A stretch of 45,088 nucleotides of DNA from a virus: positions 1-45,088 of IMG/VR virus record IMGVR_UViG_3300038701_001628; one strand, written 5' to 3'. Both the position numbers and the translations under genes were made by a program. Below are positions 41,861 to 45,088 of the stretch, piece after piece. The notes under the pieces are model-generated. The model saw nothing but the letters and a program-made list of their open reading frames with translations. It made no database searches and was not told where the DNA came from. Each line of letters opens with the position of its first letter. The stretch's first letter is position 1.

Positions 41861-42005
41861 ATCCTAACCTTTTGTAAGTGTTAAACTTTTCATCATCTGA
41901 CAAAAAGCCCCATTGATATCGTTCCTTAATTGAAAGACCGCAGCTTTGACAAAAGTCTCCGCCGCGTTCCAAGGTGCATCTGTTTAAACAGAGCGGGTGA
42001 CTCAA
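41751..42005 (-). CDS. DUF1289-like Cys-rich protein
   Basis: CLNRCTLERGGDFCQSCGLSIKERYQWGFLSDDEKFNTYKRL fits the pattern C..C......C.GC.R...E...W..ms.eek. The 3' 110 nt overlap the next gene out of frame. Confidence 0.45.
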   Translation of the reverse strand: MSHPLCLNRCTLERGGDFCQSCGLSIKERYQWGFLSDDEKFNTYKRLGYEMPKDTLRNKVRCAEGDKNNQSVSRTFTASVSNKP

Positions 42006-42187
42006 AGTTTAACCCGTGTTACGCCGCCTTTTATGTGTATGTATTCAGGTTTTCCATTTTTATCCAAGTTACCAGTGGGATAGCTTCGAATCTTACTCCC
42101 TATTCTTTTGGTTGCATAACCAACCCTGCGAGAGTCTGTAATGATCTCGTCAGCTTTTTCTATAATATTTCTTTTAAATGCGTTCAT
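42002..42187 (-). CDS. hypothetical protein
   Basis: Start moved to the ATG at 42187 (MNAFKRN...), with GAGGA 9 nt upstream. Confidence 0.45.
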   Translation of the reverse strand: MNAFKRNIIEKADEIITDSRRVGYATKRIGSKIRSYPTGNLDKNGKPEYIHIKGGVTRVKL

Positions 42188-42270
42188 TAGGTATTTCCTC
42201 TTATGGTGACAGTTGAACAAAAACAATTAAGACCACTATTGATCCCGTGATCCAAAGGAATGACTTAAAA

Positions 42271-42471
42271 TTAGGAGACATGGGTTTGATTACCTCGCTT
42301 GTGATTATATTCAGCAGTGTAAAGCTCGCAGTTTGTGTGCTCTACTGCTGATGTTTCTGAGTTACTGAAGTAACCACTTGAGTTTGTCCAGTAACGATGA
42401 CCTTTAGGAATTACTCCATTACAGCAATTACAGATTCGGTCTTCAGTTGCGACTTCTAATTTAATGCTCAT
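42271..42471 (-). CDS. hypothetical Cys-rich protein
   Basis: 66 aa, ICNCCNGVIPKGHRYW...HTNC. ATGA overlap with the upstream lysozyme gene. Confidence 0.5.
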   Translation of the reverse strand: MSIKLEVATEDRICNCCNGVIPKGHRYWTNSSGYFSNSETSAVEHTNCELYTAEYNHKRGNQTHVS

Positions 42472-42908
42472 GAGTTACTCCAAGCAGATAGTGCGTTATG
42501 GTAGTCATCTGGTTTAGCCTTACCACCTTCTGTGTTATAGAATTCCTTGAGATACTTGGACAACTCGGGTCTCGTGGTGGGTATTGGGTTGGGGTCTGTT
42601 AGAAGCATTGAGCGTGCCATGAATATGTTATACTTCAGATCCCACTCCAACGCTTTCACATTCTTAACAATACCACAGCGTGCAGCATTGTACCTAATCC
42701 TGTCTGCGTGCATCCACAGGCTCTCGTGAGTCGCTGGTTCCATTTGAATCACACCGAGTGCTGGCCCCTTAACTTGCTTGATGTAGGTGCCGCAGGATGA
42801 CTCATGAGCAACGATCATCATAATGGCTTCATGCGCTGGGAGTGACCAAGCTGACATTTCATCAAGGACTCGTCCTGTGAGATCTTTAAACTGTTCGTAA
42901 TTTAACAT
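42468..42908 (-). CDS. lytic transglycosylase (SLT-type), probable endolysin
   Basis: VAHESSCGTYIKQVKGPALGVIQMEP carries the catalytic ES and G.A.G.MQ-type motifs of family-1 transglycosylases. No signal or SAR sequence. Confidence 0.7.
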   Translation of the reverse strand: MLNYEQFKDLTGRVLDEMSAWSLPAHEAIMMIVAHESSCGTYIKQVKGPALGVIQMEPATHESLWMHADRIRYNAARCGIVKNVKALEWDLKYNIFMARSMLLTDPNPIPTTRPELSKYLKEFYNTEGGKAKPDDYHNALSAWSNS

Positions 42909-43315
42909 GACGAAGCCTCTTTATTGTAAATACACTCATCTGAATGATTGAAATCAATGGTACCACACTCGGGACATTTGAAACGAAAAACTGGGGCCGT
43001 ATTTTCTTTAGTTTCGTTAGACTTTTTCCAATTATCCTTCTTATGTTCTGGGTCAGGTTTATATTGAATACGTATCCCCATGAATGTAAATGGATGATCT
43101 TTAAACAACTTTTCATTTTCTTCTTCTGTGTTAGTTCCAATTAATATTACATAGTTAATGTAATTTCGACATGACTCTGAAGGATTTCTATACGAACCCA
43201 TTAGTTCATGGAACATTTGTATAATTTCCGATTTCTCCAACGTCATTGTGCTAACAACTTTTGTGTTGTTCATTTTAGCAATCATGTGCTGGTTTTTGAT
43301 TTTATCGAGTATCAT
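42902..43315 (-). CDS. hypothetical protein with C-terminal zinc ribbon
   Basis: Start set at the ATG at 43315, which forms an ATGA overlap with the upstream stop. FRFKCPECGTIDFNHSDEC. Confidence 0.5.
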   Translation of the reverse strand: MILDKIKNQHMIAKMNNTKVVSTMTLEKSEIIQMFHELMGSYRNPSESCRNYINYVILIGTNTEEENEKLFKDHPFTFMGIRIQYKPDPEHKKDNWKKSNETKENTAPVFRFKCPECGTIDFNHSDECIYNKEASSC

Positions 43316-43542
43316 TTTAGTACCTTCTTTTTGAACCATTCGTTGAAGGTGGGAGTACAGGGTTGGTGGATTGATGTGTTCGTTTTAGTCACGGGTGTGG
43401 CTCCTAAGTATATCGGTGGACCTGCAATCAAAGGGTAACACTTGATCAATGTGAAATCATCACTAATCTTCTTACCTTCGCGAGTCAGTATGTATCGACT
43501 GCCTAACGACTTAACTATATCACCAGGTTTTGCTGATCTCAT
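43312..43542 (-). CDS. hypothetical protein
   Basis: 76-aa ORF, ATGA-coupled on both sides. Confidence 0.45.
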   Translation of the reverse strand: MRSAKPGDIVKSLGSRYILTREGKKISDDFTLIKCYPLIAGPPIYLGATPVTKTNTSIHQPCTPTFNEWFKKKVLK

Positions 43543-43820
43543 GGTATCACCACTGTCGTTTCTTCATCGATCAGCACAAACTTGCGACCCATAAACTGCA
43601 TCTCATCAGCGATACGTTTGATCTTGTGGAAGTCACGGGTGACGAGAGCTTGTGTTATCCGTTCAGCCAGACCATCTGTAGAATGTAAGCCGATTACTTC
43701 ACGTTGTTTGCGAACATCATCAATCAAGTAAACAAATGAGTTGACTGATATGGCAATCTTATCAACCTTTTTGTTGATCTTCTCTTTCTCATGTATCGCT
43801 TGTCTGATTTTATTTATCAT
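43539..43820 (-). CDS. hypothetical protein
   Basis: 93-aa ORF, ATGA-coupled. Confidence 0.5.
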   Translation of the reverse strand: MINKIRQAIHEKEKINKKVDKIAISVNSFVYLIDDVRKQREVIGLHSTDGLAERITQALVTRDFHKIKRIADEMQFMGRKFVLIDEETTVVIP

Positions 43821-43945
43821 CTTAAGTTCTCCGGGCAGTAAACATAAATTGCAACATCAGGACATGATGTGGTCAGCCCATAAACAACGAACGCTGTAAA
43901 CACTAAAGCAATTGCTATGGTTGTTTTATAGATTTTATTTTTCAT
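43817..43945 (-). CDS. small membrane/secreted peptide
   Basis: MKNKIYKTTIAIALVFTAFVVYGLTTSCPDVAIYVYCPENLR, with AGGAG 9 nt upstream of the ATG at 43945. The longer track ORF start is unlikely. Confidence 0.4.
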   Translation of the reverse strand: MKNKIYKTTIAIALVFTAFVVYGLTTSCPDVAIYVYCPENLR

Positions 43946-43964
43946 TGGATTTATTCTCCTGTTC

Positions 43965-44066
43965 TCAAAGGTATTTAAGGTAGTCTTCATATTCTTGTCG
44001 AGTTGGCTCACGTCTCTCAAAGTAGAAGTGGAACTCACGAAATGCTTCAAAGCTTATTTCTTTCAT
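43965..44066 (-). CDS. small hypothetical protein
   Basis: My translation is MKEISFEAFREFHFYFERREPTRQEYEDYLKYL (33 aa). Confidence 0.25.
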   Translation of the reverse strand: MKEISFEAFREFHFYFERREPTRQEYEDYLKYL

Positions 44067-44153
44067 GTCTCTATCCAATATTTATCAATGTGGTGATGAC
44101 GCATGGTCCAACCGTGGTGGCGGCACATGTGCTTGTAAAACAGTAACTGTACA

Positions 44154-44327
44154 TCATTGAGTCTTATCGCTATGTGTAACTTCATCATCAGAAACAGGTG
44201 CCATCTCATATTGAGACCTCCACGGTAGCTGTGAGTCATTGAAGTTGTCAGCACAGCGTATTTCTTCTAGGGTTAGATCACACTCCACCATAAGGTCGAA
44301 CATGATCGACTTCGCTTCAGGTGTCAT
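44154..44327 (-). CDS. small acidic hypothetical protein
   Basis: MTPEAKSIMFDLMVECDLTLEEIRCADNFNDSQLPWRSQYEMAPVSDDEVTHSDKTQ. ATGA-coupled to the upstream membrane peptide. Conflicts with track ORF 44063..44254. Confidence 0.3.
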   Translation of the reverse strand: MTPEAKSIMFDLMVECDLTLEEIRCADNFNDSQLPWRSQYEMAPVSDDEVTHSDKTQ

Positions 44328-44464
44328 AGTATCAGGTCGTCACCCAGGGTCACAAGGTAGATGGTGATACCGATTAGTAGTAAACCAAAGGCTGCAGTTG
44401 CAGCCAGTTTATAAGGGATCATGTAGAGGCACAGTGGTCCCAACACAAAGACCCAAAGTAACAT
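44324..44464 (-). CDS. small two-TM membrane peptide
   Basis: MLLWVFVLGPLCLYMIPYKLAATAAFGLLLIGITIYLVTLGDDLIL (46 aa). Starts 8 nt after the repeat-protein stop. Confidence 0.35.
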   Translation of the reverse strand: MLLWVFVLGPLCLYMIPYKLAATAAFGLLLIGITIYLVTLGDDLIL

Positions 44465-44472
44465 TGTTATAA

Positions 44473-45088
44473 TTACTCGCATTCTACAAATTCACCATTG
44501 ACTAATTTGTACCATGTGTCAGCTTTCACATCTTGACCTGCTTTGGCTGTTTTGATATCAAGAATCTCATAGTCATCATTACGTTCAGTGATAACAATCC
44601 ATGATCCTTCTGACGCTTTAGCTTTAGAGTTATAACCAGTCACTATTGCTACAGATTCATTTCCTGAAACATCAGCCGCTGACTGGTACCCCGTGTTGCT
44701 CGCCGCTGAGTAGCGCCCCGTGTTGCTCGCCGCTGACTGGTACCCCGTGTTGCTCGCCGCTGACCGGTACCCCGTGTTGCTCGCCGCTGAGTAGCGCCCC
44801 GTGTTGCTCGCCGCTGAGTAGCTCCCCGTGTTGCTCGCCGCTGACTGGTCACCCGTGTTGCTCGCCGCTGACTGGTCACCCGTGTTGCTCGCCGCTGAGT
44901 AGCTCCCCGTGTTGCTCGCCGCTGACTGGTCACCCGTGTTGCTCGCCGCTGACTGGTCACCCGTGTTGCTCGCCGCTGACCGGTACCCCGTGTTGCTCGC
45001 CGCTGACTGGTCACCCGTGTTGCTCGCCGCTGACTGGTCACCCGTGTTGCTCGCCGCTGACCGGTACCCCGTGTTGCTCGCCGCTGAC
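44473..45088 (-). CDS. C-terminal part of tandem-nonapeptide-repeat protein (continuation of the gene at 1..588)
   Basis: In the SAASNTGxx frame the repeats run into ...GYQSAADVSGNESVAIVTGYNSKAKASEGSWIVITERNDDYEILDIKTAKAGQDVKADTWYKLVNGEFVECE, with stop TAA at 44475..44473. The frame is compatible with the left fragment if the 19 nt or 46 nt ends overlap. Confidence 0.7.
   Translation of the reverse strand, partial: SAASNTGYRSAASNTGDQSAASNTGDQSAASNTGYRSAASNTGDQSAASNTGDQSAASNTGSYSAASNTGDQSAASNTGDQSAASNTGSYSAASNTGRYSAASNTGYRSAASNTGYQSAASNTGRYSAASNTGYQSAADVSGNESVAIVTGYNSKAKASEGSWIVITERNDDYEILDIKTAKAGQDVKADTWYKLVNGEFVECE
44674..45088. repeat. 27-nt tandem repeat array, right portion (14 full units plus partial units at both ends)
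   Basis: Same invariant 19-nt core. Variable octamers are tggtaccc, cggtaccc and tggtcacc, with the last core base c->g in the tagcgccc and tagctccc units. Confidence 0.95.

Noticed and set aside
44063-44254. His/Trp/Met-rich 63-aa track ORF (MLTTSMTHSYRGG...CRHHGWTMRHHHIDKYWIET)
   Set aside because: It overlaps the more protein-like, ATGA-coupled ORF at 44154..44327. Its own stop does form an ATGA with the next small ORF, so the 3' half could be real. Unresolved, so not called.
44674-45088. CRISPR array
   Set aside because: The repeats are directly abutting 27-nt units with no spacers, and they lie inside a coding frame.

Overview
The window looks like one complete, lytic, T7-architecture podophage genome of about 45 kb. 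It has been cut open inside a tandem-repeat gene: the first 19 nt (possibly 46 nt) are identical to the last, and a minus-strand gene leaving at nt 1 continues in frame from nt 45088. I saw no phage RNA polymerase, integrase, tRNA, CRISPR array or reverse transcriptase.

Layout:
- 600-990: AT-rich divergent promoter region.
- 989-28141 (+): two unknown genes, TerS, a lipoprotein moron, TerL, portal, scaffold, a BPP-1-like major capsid plus Bbp16-like cement protein, adaptor, nozzle, gp13/14/15-like internal proteins, a 2794-aa gp16-position protein, a beta-helix tailspike, holin, and Rz with an embedded Rz1.
- 38586-28138 (-): replication operon. RHH regulator, PD-(D/E)XK nuclease, gp2.5/DUF2815-like SSB, MazG, family-B-like DNA polymerase, VRR-NUC, Zn-ribbon metallophosphoesterase, dNMP-kinase-like protein, HNH-AP2 homing endonuclease, SNF2 helicase.
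- 38851-41669 (+): primase-helicase and one small gene.
- 588 (wrapping through the window ends) to 41666 (-): leftward operon of small genes, translationally coupled by ATGA overlaps, including an SLT-type lysozyme.

Most interesting observations:
1. The gp16-position ejection protein lacks the usual transglycosylase. It carries a near-complete GGDEF cyclase domain (SGDEF, no I-site), a GNAT domain and two ART-PolyVal-like modules flanking an HExxH zincin, so it looks like a virion-delivered polyvalent effector.
2. Six otherwise unrelated proteins end in the same C-terminal [S/N]-F-hydrophobic tail: SSB, nuclease, SNF2 helicase, TerS and two unknowns upstream of TerS.
3. An early gene has at least 23 tandem 27-nt units with a perfectly invariant 19-nt core, encoding SAASNTGxx nonapeptides.

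All family names come from motif recognition by eye. No searches were run.
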